From Octopus vulgaris (Eukaryota), in assembly GCA_951406725.2 (NCBI GenBank), contig OX597827.1, forward strand, positions 7,502,001-7,566,000: DNA of 64,000 nucleotides. Reading direction: 5' to 3'. A model generated the notes under the pieces. The model did no database searches and was not told the origin of the DNA. It was given only the letters and a program-made list of their open reading frames with translations. Made by a program: the position numbers and the translations under genes. Position 1 is the first letter of the stretch, and each line of letters opens with the position of its first letter. Positions 24,957 to 38,542 of the stretch are shown piece after piece.

Positions 24957-25352
24957 TCTTATTTCTTTATTGCCCACAAGGAGCTAAACATAGAGGGGAC
25001 AAACAAGGACAGACAAAGGGATTAAGTCGATTGCATTGACCTCAGTGTGTAACTAACTGATACTTAATTTATTGACCCCGAAAGGATGAAAGACCTAGGT
25101 GGAATTTGAACTCAGAATGTAACGGCAGACGAAATACCTATTTCTTTACTACCCACAGGGGCTAAACACAGAGAGGACAGACAAAGGGATTAAGTCGATT
25201 GTATTGACCCCAGTGCATAACTGGTACTTAATTTATCGACCCCGAAAGGATGTAAGTCCTTGGCGTAACTTGAACTGAGAACGTAGCAGCAAACGAAATA
25301 CTGCTAAGCATCTCGCCCGGCGTGGTAACGTTTCTGCCAGTTCACCACCTTC
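24957..25352 (-). mobile_element. Tandem dimer of SINE family B
   Basis: Two units joined at cagacgaaatacctatttc. Confidence 0.85.
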
Positions 25353-25605
25353 CTCAGTTTCTGCATATGCTACCTCCATCCACTCAACTATAAATGTGTA
25401 TCACTACCAGCTTTGAAGTTAAACCTATGATGGACTGACACCTAGATCAAAGGATCAAAGGTCATGTGCTTCCATTTGTTTAGATGCCTCAGGGACTGGT
25501 ATAAACTTTGATCTAATAACCTGGTAAACTCAAATCAGACTTTAACAAGAACTCATAACTCTGTGTAAGAAAATTTTGATTTCTTTTTTTGTCCTTGGCC
25601 AATAT

Positions 25606-26015
25606 AGGTGCAGGAGTGGCTGTGTGGTAAGTAGCTTGCTTACCAACCACATAGTTCCGGGTTCAGTCCCTCTGCGTGGCACCTTGGGCAAGTGTCTTCT
25701 ACTATAGCCTCGGGCCAACCAAAGCCTTGTGGGTGGATTTGGTAGACGAAAACTGAAAGAAGCCCGTCGTATATATGTGTATATATATATATATATATGT
25801 GTGTTTGTATGTCTGTGTTTGTCCCCCCAACATCACTTGACAACTGATGGTAGTGTGTTTATGTCCACTTAACTTAGCGGTTTGGCAAAAGAGACTGATA
25901 GAATAAGTACTAGGCTTACAAAGATTAAGTTCTGGGGTTGATTTGCTCGACTAAAAGCGTTGCTCTAGCATGGCCGCAGTCAAATGACTGAAACAAGTAA
26001 AAGAATAAAAGAATA
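25606..26015 (+). mobile_element. SINE family A
   Basis: Matches family A along its length. Confidence 0.88.
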
Positions 26016-26170
26016 TAAAGTGTAATTTCAATCAAAAGAAATGTCTAATGTTCCCTTCAAAATTTGCTTTTGTCATCTGGACATCAATGTTTTGAAACTG
26101 ACCTATTTTCCATTACATTTCAGGCAGACTCAGCACAGATATGCTGAAGCAGAAATATCATTATAGCAGA

Positions 26171-26476
26171 CTAGCAGTATCGCCCGGCGTTGCTCGGGTT
26201 TGTAAGGGAAATAACTATATAAGCATTTTTAGAGAGTTACTTCCCTTATATAACCCGAGCAAAAATCATTAAAAATGCAGAAAAATGATGGTAATTTTTG
26301 TTTAAATCGTAGACTCATCGTAGATGCACGCTAATACCCAGAAGGGCTCGATATGAATGACGACTATAAGATACCCGCTTTTGGTTAAACTGCACCGCAA
26401 AATGTGGGAGTATTTAGGAATCTAAATCGGAGCAGACACAGTCTCACACACACAACTTCAATTTTATATATAAAGA
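26171..26476 (-). mobile_element. Non-autonomous Helitron
   Basis: a|ctagcagtatcgcccggcgttgctcggg ... tatataaaga|t. Confidence 0.87.
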
Positions 26477-26764
26477 TATTCTGCTCAATACAAGATTTTC
26501 TTGCCAATTGCTTGACTGTATAACCACTTGTGCATATCCCTTAGTGGCTGACAATACATGCATATCTGATCAAAAGCAGGAGTAGTGAGGGAGCATCATA
26601 GCCATGTGTTAAGAAGAATTCTTTGAGGTTTGAATAGATATTATAAAAGTAAAGTTTGAAGGAAATAGCCATGTTTGATACTTTCTCATGATAAGCAAAT
26701 AAGAAATAACAGTTGTTACCCAAGGACAGAAATTGGGCTACACAATGTAATTGCTCTTTAAAAT

Positions 26765-27305
26765 AATAATATAATGAAATTATTGTATACAGTACTCAGG
26801 TGCACCACAACTTGACAAAAGTGCATATAAAGCATATGCAGTAATGTATAAATGTGAACAATGTATGAGTCAGATACATGCTTGTGTGTGTATGGAGGGG
26901 AGAAAATCAGGTGTAGTGTTGGCGAATCTCAGAAAGCATGGAAGTTTTGAAGGATGCAGTGTTCTGACAACTAACAACTGATGCCAGCTGTTTGTTCCAT
27001 GCTTCAGCAACTCTCAGCGTGAAAAAATGTTTCCGAAAGTCATGGGAGCTGTACTGTTTTCTGACTTTGTAAATATGTCCACGGGTGTTAGACGGGTGGA
27101 GTTTGAAAAGGTGCTCAGAGTTATTGTTTGTAAGATGGTGAATAATTTTATGGGTGTCTGCCAAGTCTGCTGCCAGACGTCGGAGTTTCAATGTGTCCAT
27201 GCCCAGGGAAGTAAGGCGTTCAGAATATGGCAAATGCCTGATGGAAGGTATTCTTTTAGTTGCACGTCGCTGAATGGCTTCCAGACGATTGATATCCTAG
27301 AACTA
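26765..27305 (-). mobile_element. CR1-clade LINE 3' fragment
   Basis: ...RRATKRIP..LPYSERLTSLGMDTLKLRRLAADL...TRGHIYKVRK...RKHFFTLRVAEAWNK...FK, typical CR1 RT C-terminus, followed by 3' UTR and (ATT)-rich tail. Confidence 0.9.
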
Positions 27306-27559
27306 TAATCAAAGGCATTGCCGTTGACACCATCCAGTCTTTTATTTTTTATTTATTTTTATCTTTTCAGAAATAGTATACCTAGGACAAAATTTTCCAG
27401 TGCTTCCTTCTCTTTTAAAAACAACAGTGTGTGATGTAAGGGAGATTTGGCTGTTATTTCATACCTGTTCAGCAACCATATAAATGCTCTCTGTCTCCTT
27501 GACATGCTTTATAGCTTTTAATGAAAGTGGTACAGGTGAACTTGTCATTGGTACTACTG

Positions 27560-27608
<49 letters not shown>

Positions 27609-27835
27609 CATATCTATCTATCTATCTATCTATCTATCAATCCATCCATCCACCATCCATCCATCCATTCGTCCAGCCATCATCTATCTATCTATCTATC
27701 TACCTGTCTCTCCCTTCCTCTGTCTGTCTGTCTCTCTCTCTCTATCTATCTACCTATCTACATTCACACATACACATACGTACATGCATACACATGTGTG
27801 TGTGAATGTGTGCATGTGCATGTGTGTAGGTATAG

Positions 27836-27867
<32 letters not shown>

Positions 27868-28496
27868 CTGTATGGATAGTACTTATGAGCAGAGCACTGG
27901 ATATTTTTAATCCTATATTTTCCCATCATTAAGCGATTAATTTTCTGTTTCTTTTTCTACCAGATTATTTATTAATTTATTATAAAGGAAAACAAAAATA
28001 GAAGGAAGAAAACACAGACTGGCAGATAATTAATTTACCAATTCCACATAGGCATTTCTTCACTTTATTTCTGCAAGATTCAGTAGTAGTGTCTGAGGTG
28101 TTTGAAAAATGATTACATTCTGTACAAGGAAGAAAACAAAAGCAACAAAAAAAAAAAAACAGGACTCACCCAAGTTTCATATCACACAATTTTTATTTAT
28201 ATCTAATGATTTTCATAATTACAAATTTGTAACGTATTTAATGCTCAATTATTGATATAATTTTTGATATTATTTTCTTATAAACCACCATTTTCTTTAT
28301 TATAAGGCAATAATAGTTTGTTTTTTTTTATGTTACATTATTTTCTGCTTTGCTTTTTTTTTTTTTTTGTATTTCCTTTTTGAAACATATTTTTCTGTGT
28401 AAAATAGAAAAAAAATCATTTACACTACAGTAATTCAGAAATTGAAAAAAAACAACAAAAAACGTTATTTGGGAAATGAATTTGAATATATATATT

Positions 28497-28527
<31 letters not shown>

Positions 28528-28754
28528 GTAACATATTATTTCCTAATAAAAGTGTTTCCTTTTAACCACATTTAATTGATTATAAAATAAAATTATGTAA
28601 GTTTTTAATGCAGAGACACACACACATACACACATACACACACACACATATACACACACACATACATGTATATATAAACCTACATAGATATATGTGTACA
28701 TACATACATACATGGATACATACGTACATACAAAGATGTGTGTATGCATGCATA

Positions 28755-29160
28755 CAGTGGCTGTGTGGTAAGTAGCTTGCTAACCAACCACATGGTTCCG
28801 GGTTCAGTCCCACTGCGTGGCATCTTGGGCAAGTGTCTTCTGCTATAGCCCCAGGCCGACTAATGCCTTGTGAGTGGATTTGGTAGACGGAAACTGAAAG
28901 AAGCCTGTCGTATATATGTATATATATATGTATGTGTGTATATGTGTTTGTGTGTCTGTGTTTGTCCCCCTAGCATTGCTTGACAACCGATGCTGGTGTG
29001 TTTACGTCCCCGTCACTTAACGGTTCGGCAAGGGAGACCGATAGAATAAGTACTGGGCTTACAAAGTATAAGTCCCGGGGTCGATTTGCTCGACTAAAGG
29101 CGGTGCTCCAGCATGACCGCAGTCAAATGACTGAAACAAGTAAAAGAATAAAAGAGTAAA
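28755..29160 (+). mobile_element. SINE family A
   Basis: Matches family A; first few bases missing. Confidence 0.88.
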
Positions 29161-29475
29161 GCGTGTAGTCAAGGTGATGGATTAAGAGAACATATGCCAA
29201 GGGAAATAACTCTGTTCAACTTCACACACACGCTTAGAAGACTGACATCTTGCAACAAGTTTCGTTTTCGTATAACCTCGGATGTGGTGTTACCAGGTTT
29301 GACTATTTTCTTCTGATAAAGTTACCTTTTTATCCGAATTAAACATTTAGCAGGGACTATTGCTGACACCGCTGATCCTATGGCATTTCATTATGGTTCT
29401 CCGTCAATATTGAGAGACTAATTAAACATTTAGATTATCTCTTGTATATATTGCATAGACCCACACCCTTGTTCC

Positions 29476-30085
29476 CATACATACATGCATGCATACATAT
29501 ATACATACATACATGCATATATACATATATACATACATGCATACATACATACATGCATATATGCATACATACATACATGCATACATACATACACATACAT
29601 ACATACATACATGCATATATACATACATACATACATACATACATACATACACACATACACATACATACATACATACATACATACATACACACATACACAT
29701 ACATACATACATACATACATACATACATACACACATACACATACATACATACATACATACATACATACACACATACACATACATACATACATACATACAT
29801 ACATACATACATACATACATACATACATACATACATACATACACATACATACATACATACATACATACATACATACATACATACATACACATACATACAT
29901 ACATACATACATACATACATACATACATACATACACATACATACATACATACATACATACATACATACATACATACATACATACATACATACATACATAC
30001 ATACATACATACATACATACATACATACATACATACATACATACATACATACACATGCATACATACATACATGTATATGTATGCA
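29476..30085. repeat. (TACA)n microsatellite, ~600 bp
   Basis: Directly visible; source of the long MYVC/HTYI ORFs. Confidence 0.97.
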
Positions 30086-30252
30086 TAATAGCATGTAGGC
30101 TCAGGAGATGGCAGCTGTGGTAAGCAGCTTGGATCATACCATGGGCAAGTGTCATACATACATACATACATACATACGTACATACATACATACGTACATA
30201 CATACATACGTACGTATGTACGTACATACAAACATGCGTGCATACATGCATA

Positions 30253-30472
30253 CAGTGGCTGTGTGGTAAGTAGCTTGCTAACCAACCACATGGTTGACAA
30301 CCGAAGCTGTGATGTTTACATCCCCCGTAACTTAGCAGTTCGGTAAAAGAGACCAGTAGAATAAGTACTAGGCTTCCAAAGAATAAGTCCCGGGGTCGAT
30401 TTGCTCGAGTAAAAGGCGGTGCTCCAGCATGGCTGCAGTCAAATGACTGAAACAAGTAAAAGAGTAAAAGAG
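30253..30472 (+). mobile_element. SINE family A with central deletion
   Basis: Head ...ccacatggtt fused directly to gacaaccg of the 3' half. Confidence 0.82.
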
Positions 30473-30929
30473 AGTATGTATGTATGTGTGCACATACAAG
30501 GAGTTGATTTAGACATTTTAAATGTTTAACCAGTGTGTGTATGCGTGTGTGTGTGTGTGCATGTATGTGTATACACACATGCATACACACATATACACAG
30601 ACTCACAAGGCATAAATAGCGGTTGTTACATATTTTCCTTTATTGTAGTGACTCTGACCTACAGTTGTTTCCAGTATTCATTATAGGTTTGTTATTGTGT
30701 CGTATATTACTTTGAGAGAAAACCAGTACAACTGGAACAAGACCATGGATTTACAATATAGAATGGTGATGAACTATAACCTCTGATCCCCACCACAAGA
30801 ATACCTGACTTCCTTACTAATCTAAACAATACTGCTAGCCTGGTGTAGTCAAGGTGATGGATTAAGAGAACGTATGCCAAGGAAATAACTCTGTTCAACT
30901 TCACACACACGCTTAGAAGACTGACATCT

Positions 30930-31088
30930 TATTTTCTCACCTTGTTTCTTCTGTATTCCTTTCTGTAGAAGAGCATAGGCTCGAAATGTTAAAGACTTTT
31001 TCACTTCCCGAGTGTTAAACTAATACATCTGTTTGTTGTCTACACCACCTGTCTTCGTCTTTTGTTTTTTTTGTGAATTCTCCCCCTA
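30930..31088 (+). mobile_element. Family P1-related element with hammerhead-like motif (30959-30994)
   Basis: CUUU-CUGUAGA-A-GAGC-AUAG-GCUC-GAAAU-GUU-AAAG; ends in (TA)n. Confidence 0.62.
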
Positions 31089-31103
31089 TATATATATATA
31101 TGT

Positions 31104-31401
31104 GGAGGGGCAATGGCCCAGTGGTTAGGGCAGCGGACTCGCGGTTGTAGGATCACATTTTCGATTCTCAGACCTGGTGTTGTGAGTGTTTATTGAGCGA
31201 AAACACCTAAAGCCCCACGAGGCTCCGGCAGGGGGTGGTGGCGATCCCTGCTGTACTTTTTCACCACAACTTTCTCTCACTCTTTCTTCTGTTGGCCTGC
31301 TGCTTAGCCAGCGGGGTGGCATCATTTGAAGGCTAAAAAACAATGCAAAGCACATTGTGACCAGCGATGTGTAGCAACATCTGATAGCCTGGTCAGTCAC
31401 A

Positions 31402-31405
<4 letters not shown>
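31104..31405 (+). mobile_element. tRNA-derived SINE family E
   Basis: tRNA-like head tggcccagtggttagggcagcggactcgcg...ttcgatt; second copy in reverse at 47325-47552. Confidence 0.8.
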
Positions 31406-31451
<46 letters not shown>

Positions 31452-31660
31452 TATATATGTATTATATATATATATAGCTACATGTATATGCGCCTTCAGT
31501 CCTTTGAGTCAGATGAGTTGCCTATACCGCTGAGTGCTGTATAATTGTGAAGTCAGTGGTCACTCTATGACTGGCCATAACTTTTAACTCCCTAAAAAAT
31601 ACGTTACTGCTCTAATACTTTAGAAAGTGCTTCTCTTTCAGATATGTGAACTACCGATGG

Positions 31661-31691
<31 letters not shown>

Positions 31692-31992
31692 GTGGCATTT
31701 TAACTACTGTTTCCTAAAAAAAATTGTTGTAGAAAGAAAGAAAGAAAGAAAGAAAGAAAACTCTGACAGAAATATTTCATACACATACATACATACATAC
31801 ATACATACATACATACATACATAAACAACACATGCATAAAGTTCACATACTTAATTATGTATGTTAATTATGTAATTATGGAATTAATGATGCTTATGTT
31901 AATGAAACAGCTGTTCAGCAAAATCAAATTATGAACTGTATGTGACATTTATGCTTTATATCAGTTGTACATATATGTGAATATGTGTGTGT

Positions 31993-32036
<44 letters not shown>

Positions 32037-32063
32037 CTAAACCTCGCTAAGATAAATATTTCA

Positions 32064-32136
32064 ATTACCTGAAGATTGACTGTAACCATAATTCGAATTA
32101 TTACGAATTGGACAGCCATGAAACGATCGTAGTGTT
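32064..32136 (+). ncRNA. Type-I hammerhead-like motif
   Basis: UAC-CUGAAGA-UUGACUGU...ACAGCCA-U-GAAAC-GAUC-GUA-GUG, inside an ~245-bp insert (32034-32280) between (TA)n tracts. Confidence 0.6.
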
Positions 32137-32269
32137 TTACTCATTATCTTTTATTAAACTTTTAATAGTGTTGATATATATTTAAAATAATATAAATTAA
32201 TTAAGTTTATGTATTGGCTTAAGTTTTTCATTGTTTGATTTGCCTAATAGTGGTTTTATCTCTAATTTA

Positions 32270-32333
<64 letters not shown>

Positions 32334-32352
32334 TATATGTACACACACACAC

Positions 32353-32391
<39 letters not shown>

Positions 32392-32788
32392 CATGTATGT
32401 GTATACACACACACATACACACATATACACAGACTCACAAGGCATAAATAGTGGTTGTTACATATTTTCCTTTATTACAGTGAATCTGACCTACAGCTCC
32501 AGTATTCCTTATAGGTTTGTTATTGTGTCGTATATTACTTTGAGAGAAAACCAGTACAACTGGAACAAGACCATGGATTTACAATATAGAATGGTGATGA
32601 ACTAACAACCCATCTAACTCATGCCTGCATAGAAAGTAGACGTAAAATACATGCAAGTACATCTCCGTAAAAAAATAACATTATTTAAGAAAATCTTGGC
32701 TCATACACTTTTTAAAAGACAGAATGGTCTCGGCTGGAATGACTTTAATATCTTGTTTGCCCGATCAGAGTCGATTTAGATTTAAACA

Positions 32789-33210
32789 GGGCGCAGGAGT
32801 GGCTGTGTGGTAAGTAGCTTGCTAACCAGCCACATGGTTCCGGGTTCAGTCCCTCTGCGTGGCATCTTGGGCAAGTGTCTTCTACTATAGCCCCGGGCTG
32901 ACCAATGCCTCGTGAGTGGATTTGGTAGACGGAAACTGAAAGAAGCCCGTCGTATATATGTATGTATATATATATATATATGTGAGTGTATATGTTTGTG
33001 TGTCTGTGTTTGTCTCTCTAGCATTGCTTGGCAACCGATGCTGGTGTCTTTACGTCCCCGTCACTTAGCGGTTCAGCAAAAGAGCCCGATAGAATAAGTA
33101 CTGGGCTTACAAAAGAGAATAAGTCCCGGGGTCGAGTTGCTCGACTAAAGGCGGTGCTCCAGCATGGCCGCAGTCAAATGACTGAAACAAGTAAAAGAGT
33201 AAAAAGAGTA
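32789..33210 (+). mobile_element. SINE family A, full length
   Basis: Matches family A. Confidence 0.9.
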
Positions 33211-33581
33211 ATTATAACAAAATCTATTTTCGTAGCTCTACGGAGATATTCTTTTCCTTTCTTGTAACCGTTCAGATATGAGGAAGGGAGGTAATTGTTG
33301 TCAGCTAAAATCAGAGTTGCGTCCCTTACACCATAGACACAATAATGTCTGCAGTTAGTTTTGCACACTCGTAAATTTCGTCCGTTGGCTATTTGTGTAA
33401 TGAAACAACTGCACGTTATTTTCTTTGATCATATTCTCCTGATTTTGGATGTTTAGGCTGATAATACAGATATGCAACTGAAGAAAACTTTGCTTCTCCA
33501 GCGTTAACAATGACAGTTACTTATCACTAGTCTCATTCAGACTTAAAAGGGAGTTTCTATACTGAGATGGAAAGCTAGAAA

Positions 33582-33977
33582 TCTTTATATATAAAAGAGA
33601 GGTTGTGTGTCTGCCTCCTATGATTTAGATTCCTAACTACTCCCACATTTTGCAGTGCAGTTTAACCAAAACCGGGTATCTTATAGTCGTGATTCATATC
33701 AAGCCCTTCTGGGTATTAGCGCACGTCTACGATGAGTCTACGATTTAGAAAAAAATTTACCATCATTTTTTCCATTTTAATGCATTTTTTCGCTATTATA
33801 TAAGGGAAGTAACTCTCTAAAAATGTCTACGATGAGTCAACGATTTAAAAAAAAATTTACTATAATTTTTTTTCTATTTTTAATGCCTTTTTTGCTATTT
33901 TTTGGCTATAACTCTCTAAAAATGCTTATATAGTTATTTCCCTTACAAACCCGAGCAACGCTGGGCGATACTGCTAG
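33582..33977 (+). mobile_element. Non-autonomous Helitron (long variant with internal duplication)
   Basis: a|TCtttatatataaaag ... cccgagcaacgctgggcgatactgCTAG|t. Confidence 0.88.
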
Positions 33978-34274
33978 TAACTGCTAAATATTACCTCATT
34001 GTCTTAAAAAGGGAACGAGGAATCGTCTTCATCATCGTCATCATCATCACGATCATCATCACCATCATCATTTTAATGTCTACGTTTCTATTGCCTGCAT
34101 AGCTCACATGGTATTCATTGAGCTTGGGTTTTCTGCAACTGAAAGCCTTTCCTTTCTCCAGCCCTCTCTTGTTTTAGAAGCAAGGTGCAATATTTTCCCT
34201 TGGTTGGACATCATGGAAAATTGGAAACAAATGACACTGCTGCAATGATTGTGACACTTATGACGAGGAAGTAC

Positions 34275-34275
34275 A

Positions 34276-34311
<36 letters not shown>

Positions 34312-34336
34312 TTGGTGGTGGTGGTGGTGGTGGTGG

Positions 34337-34385
<49 letters not shown>

Positions 34386-34472
34386 GGTGGTGATGATGAT
34401 GATGATGATGACGACGACGACGATGATGATGATGATGATTATGATGATGATGACGATGACGACGACGACGAA
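34275..34472. repeat. (GAT/GGT/GAC)n microsatellite
   Basis: Directly visible. Confidence 0.95.
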
Positions 34473-34674
34473 GACAATTCCTCGTTCCCTTTCTAAGACT
34501 ATGAGGTAATATTTAGCAGTTTTTTCTAGCTTTCCATCTCAGTATAGAAACTCCCTTTTAAGTCTGAGTGAGACTAGTGAAAAAGTAACTGTCATTGTTA
34601 ACGGTGGAGAAGCAAAGTTTTCTTCAGTTGCATATATGTATTTTAAATTTAAAATTTAAATTAATTTAAATTTT

Positions 34675-34842
34675 AAATTAATCCTGCATTATCATGTAGC
34701 TTTGAGATTTTGATGAAGTAACTATTCGTTTTTAGAATTATATAGTAGGGCTGGTATAAGAAGCCAGATCTGGCCAATTTGAACTTAAAACTGGGGAGAA
34801 TATTTTGGCCGGATACGACCGGTTTAAATGCTAAAGGGTTAA
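34675..34842. mobile_element. Possible piggyBac-type MITE end
   Basis: Ends ...ccggtttaaatgctaaaggg|TTAA; matching left TIR not clearly seen. Confidence 0.4.
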
Positions 34843-34865
34843 AAGACAGAATGGTCTCGGCTGGC

Positions 34866-35259
34866 CCCTGAGCCTCGCTTGGCCCCAGTGCCGGTGGCAC
34901 GTAAAAGCACCGTCTGTTCGTGTCTGTTGCCAGCCTCGCCTGGCCCCGTGCCGGTGGTACGTAAAAGCACCATCCGTTCGTGTCCGTTGCCAGCCTCGCC
35001 TGACTCCCGTGCCGGTGGCATGTAAAAGCACCATCCGTCCGTGGCCGTTTGCCAGCTCCATCTGGCACCTGTGTGGAGTGGCACGTAAAAAGCACCCACT
35101 ACACTCACGGAGTGGTTGGCGTTAGGAAGGGCATCCAGCCGTAGAAACACTGCCAGATCTGACTGGGCCTGATGCAGCCTTCTGGCTTCACAGACCCCAG
35201 TTGAACCGTCCAACCCATGCTAGCATGGAAAGCGGATGCTAAATGATGATGATGATGAT
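34866..35259 (+). mobile_element. Family C repeat with 16-bp TSD
   Basis: gaatggtctcg(g/a)ctgg at 34850-34865 and 35260-35275; the uninterrupted site is seen at ~32722 and ~36254. Confidence 0.9.
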
Positions 35260-35460
35260 GAATGGTCTCGACTGGAATGACCTTAATATTTTGTCTGTAT
35301 GATCACTATTAGTCATGTATTGACCATCTTTGCTAGCAGTAACTCGTTATAATATATAATAAATCTTCGTCAGTATTCAAATGATCGTAAATTTTTGGAC
35401 ACTTAATCTTGTCATAAAAGATGAAGCATTCATTAAGAATTACATCTATACATCTATACA

Positions 35461-35624
35461 GTGCAGGAGTGGCTGTGTGGTAAGTAGCTTGCTTACCAAC
35501 CACATGGTTCCGGGTTCAGTCCCACTGCGTGGCATCTTGGGCAAGTGTCTTCTGCTATAGCCTCGGACCGACCAAAGCCTTGTGAGTGGATTTGGTAGAC
35601 GGAAACTGAAAGAAGCCTGTCGTA

Positions 35625-35666
<42 letters not shown>

Positions 35667-35890
35667 TGTGTGTGTTTGTGTGTCTGTGTTTGTCCCCCTA
35701 GCATTGCTTGACAACCGATGCTGGTGTGTTTATGTCCCCGTTACTTAGCAGTTCGGCAAAAGAGACCGATGGAATAAGTACTGGGCTTGCAAAAAGAATA
35801 AGTCCCGGGGTCGAGTTGCTCGATTAAAAAGGCGGTGCTCCAGCATGGCCGCAGTCAAATGACTGAAACAAGTAAAAGAGTAAAAGAATA
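35461..35890 (+). mobile_element. SINE family A
   Basis: Matches family A. Confidence 0.9.
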
Positions 35891-36738
35891 AATCTATTCA
35901 GTCGGTCTGGTTTCAGTTCCTTATCAGCTGTCTCATTCATGTATGTGTGTATTGTACCAAGTAACACGGCTACTTTTAGTGTAAAATAAATCTAAAACAA
36001 CCAAAAAAACAAACGTAAACTTAAATGTATAAGTTATGTGAAGGCAGGTGGCCTAGTAGTTTAAATTCAAATGTTGAAGTGAATCTAACGGTTTTTGTGT
36101 GTTTCTTAAATGGCTTATAAAAAACCTTCCACGCTGCAATTGTTTTTGTTCCAGCACATGATCTCAGATCAAGTCTCTTGCTATGCAAGTACATCTCCGT
36201 AAAAAAATAACATTATTTAAGAAAATCTTGGCTTATACACTCTTTAAAAGACAGAATGGTCTCAGCTGGAATGACTTTAATATTTTGTTTGCCCGATCAG
36301 AGGATCACAACATTGTGGTTTCAATTCCTAAACTTGACAGTACATTATATTTTTTGAGAAAAACACTTCATTTCGAAATCCAATTGATGAAAATGAGTTG
36401 CAGCAACAACTGGGGATAACCTTATAAGGGACTGGCTTCCCTTTATAAGGGACTGGCTCCCCATTCAGGATTGACTGTTGTGTTTTTAGTTGCTTATATT
36501 GCCACAGAAACTGAATTAAGATTTGGTGTAATGAGACCGAGGGATTGCGACTTATCTGAGATTTAAGGTTAAGAAATATATATACATCAGTATCATGGTC
36601 AATAAGAGCATTGCCACCATCAGTTTAGAAATAAAGACCCCTAGTTCAAATTCAGCCTAGTATTATGTGCTTATCCAGGGATAAGTGTCCTCATTATCAC
36701 TGAAAAATCAAACTGATCAAAATGCTAGATAGTTATTA

Positions 36739-36974
36739 GTCATCTTCATTATCATCTTTGTCATCATCTTCGTCATTGTCATCATCTCCATCATTGTTGT
36801 CATCATAATCATCATCAACATTGTTGTTGACATCATCTTTATTGTCATCATCATCATTGTCATTGTTGGCATTGGTGGCGTCAGCATCAACGGCATTGGC
36901 AGCGTTAGTCATTGTCATCGTCATAGTCATCGTCATCGTCATCATCATCATCATCATCATCATCGTCATCGTCG

Positions 36975-37011
<37 letters not shown>

Positions 37012-37081
37012 TGCCATCATCATCATCATCATCATCTTCATCATCATCGTCATCGTCATCATCATCATCATCATCATCATT

Positions 37082-37112
<31 letters not shown>

Positions 37113-37143
37113 CCATCATCATCGTCGTCGTCATCGTCGTCAT
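36739..37143. repeat. (CAT/CGT)n array, expanded tail of a diverged family C copy (37144-37330)
   Basis: Array abuts tttaacatctgtcttccatgctg. Confidence 0.9.
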
Positions 37144-37878
37144 CTTTTAACATCTGTCTTCCATGCTGACATGGGTCGCAGTTTGACACGGTCCAGCGAA
37201 TGAGAGGATTGAGCCATGCCCCAATGTCTTCTTTGGCATGGACTCCACAGCTGGTTGCCCTTCCTCATGCCAACCACTTTACAGCATGTTACTGAATGCT
37301 TTTTACAAGGCACAAGCAGCAGTAGCGAAATCCTCATGTAGCTCACAAGACTAAGATCCCCACCATTGACTGAATGGGGGCTACGACACAGAAGGGGAGC
37401 AGCTTTATACTAGGAGGGTACAGGAAGGGGCCAGAATAAGTTTCTCGCTACAGAAGAGGTAAATGGCTTATTTAAAAAAAAAGAAAAGGTTTGGTTAATC
37501 AGCTGTAACATAACCTTATTAATGAGACCCTTATTAACAATAATTCAGCTCAGAGATTTAGAGACAATTCTTTATTAATATTAATTCTTTAGCTGTCTCA
37601 ACTGATTATAATTATAATTCAGTTTACTTCATTAGTAGTCTTAATTATCTCAACTAGTAATACTGCTTTAACTGTATTCGTTAGAAATCAATATGTTAGT
37701 TATTTCCAAATGTTGTCACGACTCAAACTTAATGATTCCAGTTAATTATTAAAAATTAATTATGTTTAGTTTTCTTTACAGTTTGGTTATTGCACTAATC
37801 AACACTCTATAATCATGGACTTACAAGTTAAAGTTACACCGATTCTATCACTCTTTTCGATTACTATTCCACTCAGAT

Positions 37879-38060
37879 AGGCGCAGGAGTGGCTGTGTGG
37901 TAAGTAGCTTGCTAACCAACCACATGGTTCCGGGTTCAGTCCCACTGCGTGGCATCTCGGGCAAGTGTCTTCCGCTATAGCCCCGGGCCGACCAATGCCT
38001 TGTGAGTGGATTTGGTAGACGGAAACTGAAAGAAGCCTGTCGTATATATGTATATATATG

Positions 38061-38095
<35 letters not shown>

Positions 38096-38313
38096 TCGTG
38101 TGTGTGTGTTTGTCCCCCTAGCATTGCTTGACAACCGATGCTGGTGTGTTTATGTCCCCATCACTTAGTGGTTCGGCAAAAAGAGACCAATAGAATAAGT
38201 ACTGGGCTTACAAAGAATAAGTCCCGGGGTCGATTTGCTCGACTAAAGGCGGTGCTCCAGCATGGCCGCAGTCAAATGACTGAAACAAGTAAAAAAGAGT
38301 AAAAAAAAAAGAG
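37879..38313 (+). mobile_element. SINE family A, full length
   Basis: Matches family A. Confidence 0.9.
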
Positions 38314-38542
38314 TAGTGTCTACCTTCCTGAATCTGTTGATTCCACTTGACTCCCTTTGTGTCGGGAAACTAGTAGCAGAGTCATTAGACCATTGGATAG
38401 AAAGCTTTAGTGGTGTTTTGTTGTGATTGTTGGTTGTCTGAGCTCAAATGCTGCTGAGGTCAACTTTGCCTCTTATCTTTTTCAGAGATAATAAATAAGT
38501 ATCCATCCAGTGCAGTGGATTGGCAGAACAGAGAAAAAGGGA

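Noticed and set aside
29422-30590. Longest ORFs (292-386 aa) and similar [12 protein letters not shown] ORFs throughout
   Set aside because: They are translations of (TACA)n, (TA)n and (TG)n microsatellites that lack stop codons.
31104-31180. tRNA gene (also heads of SINE families A and B)
   Set aside because: No complete cloverleaf; continues into a SINE body.
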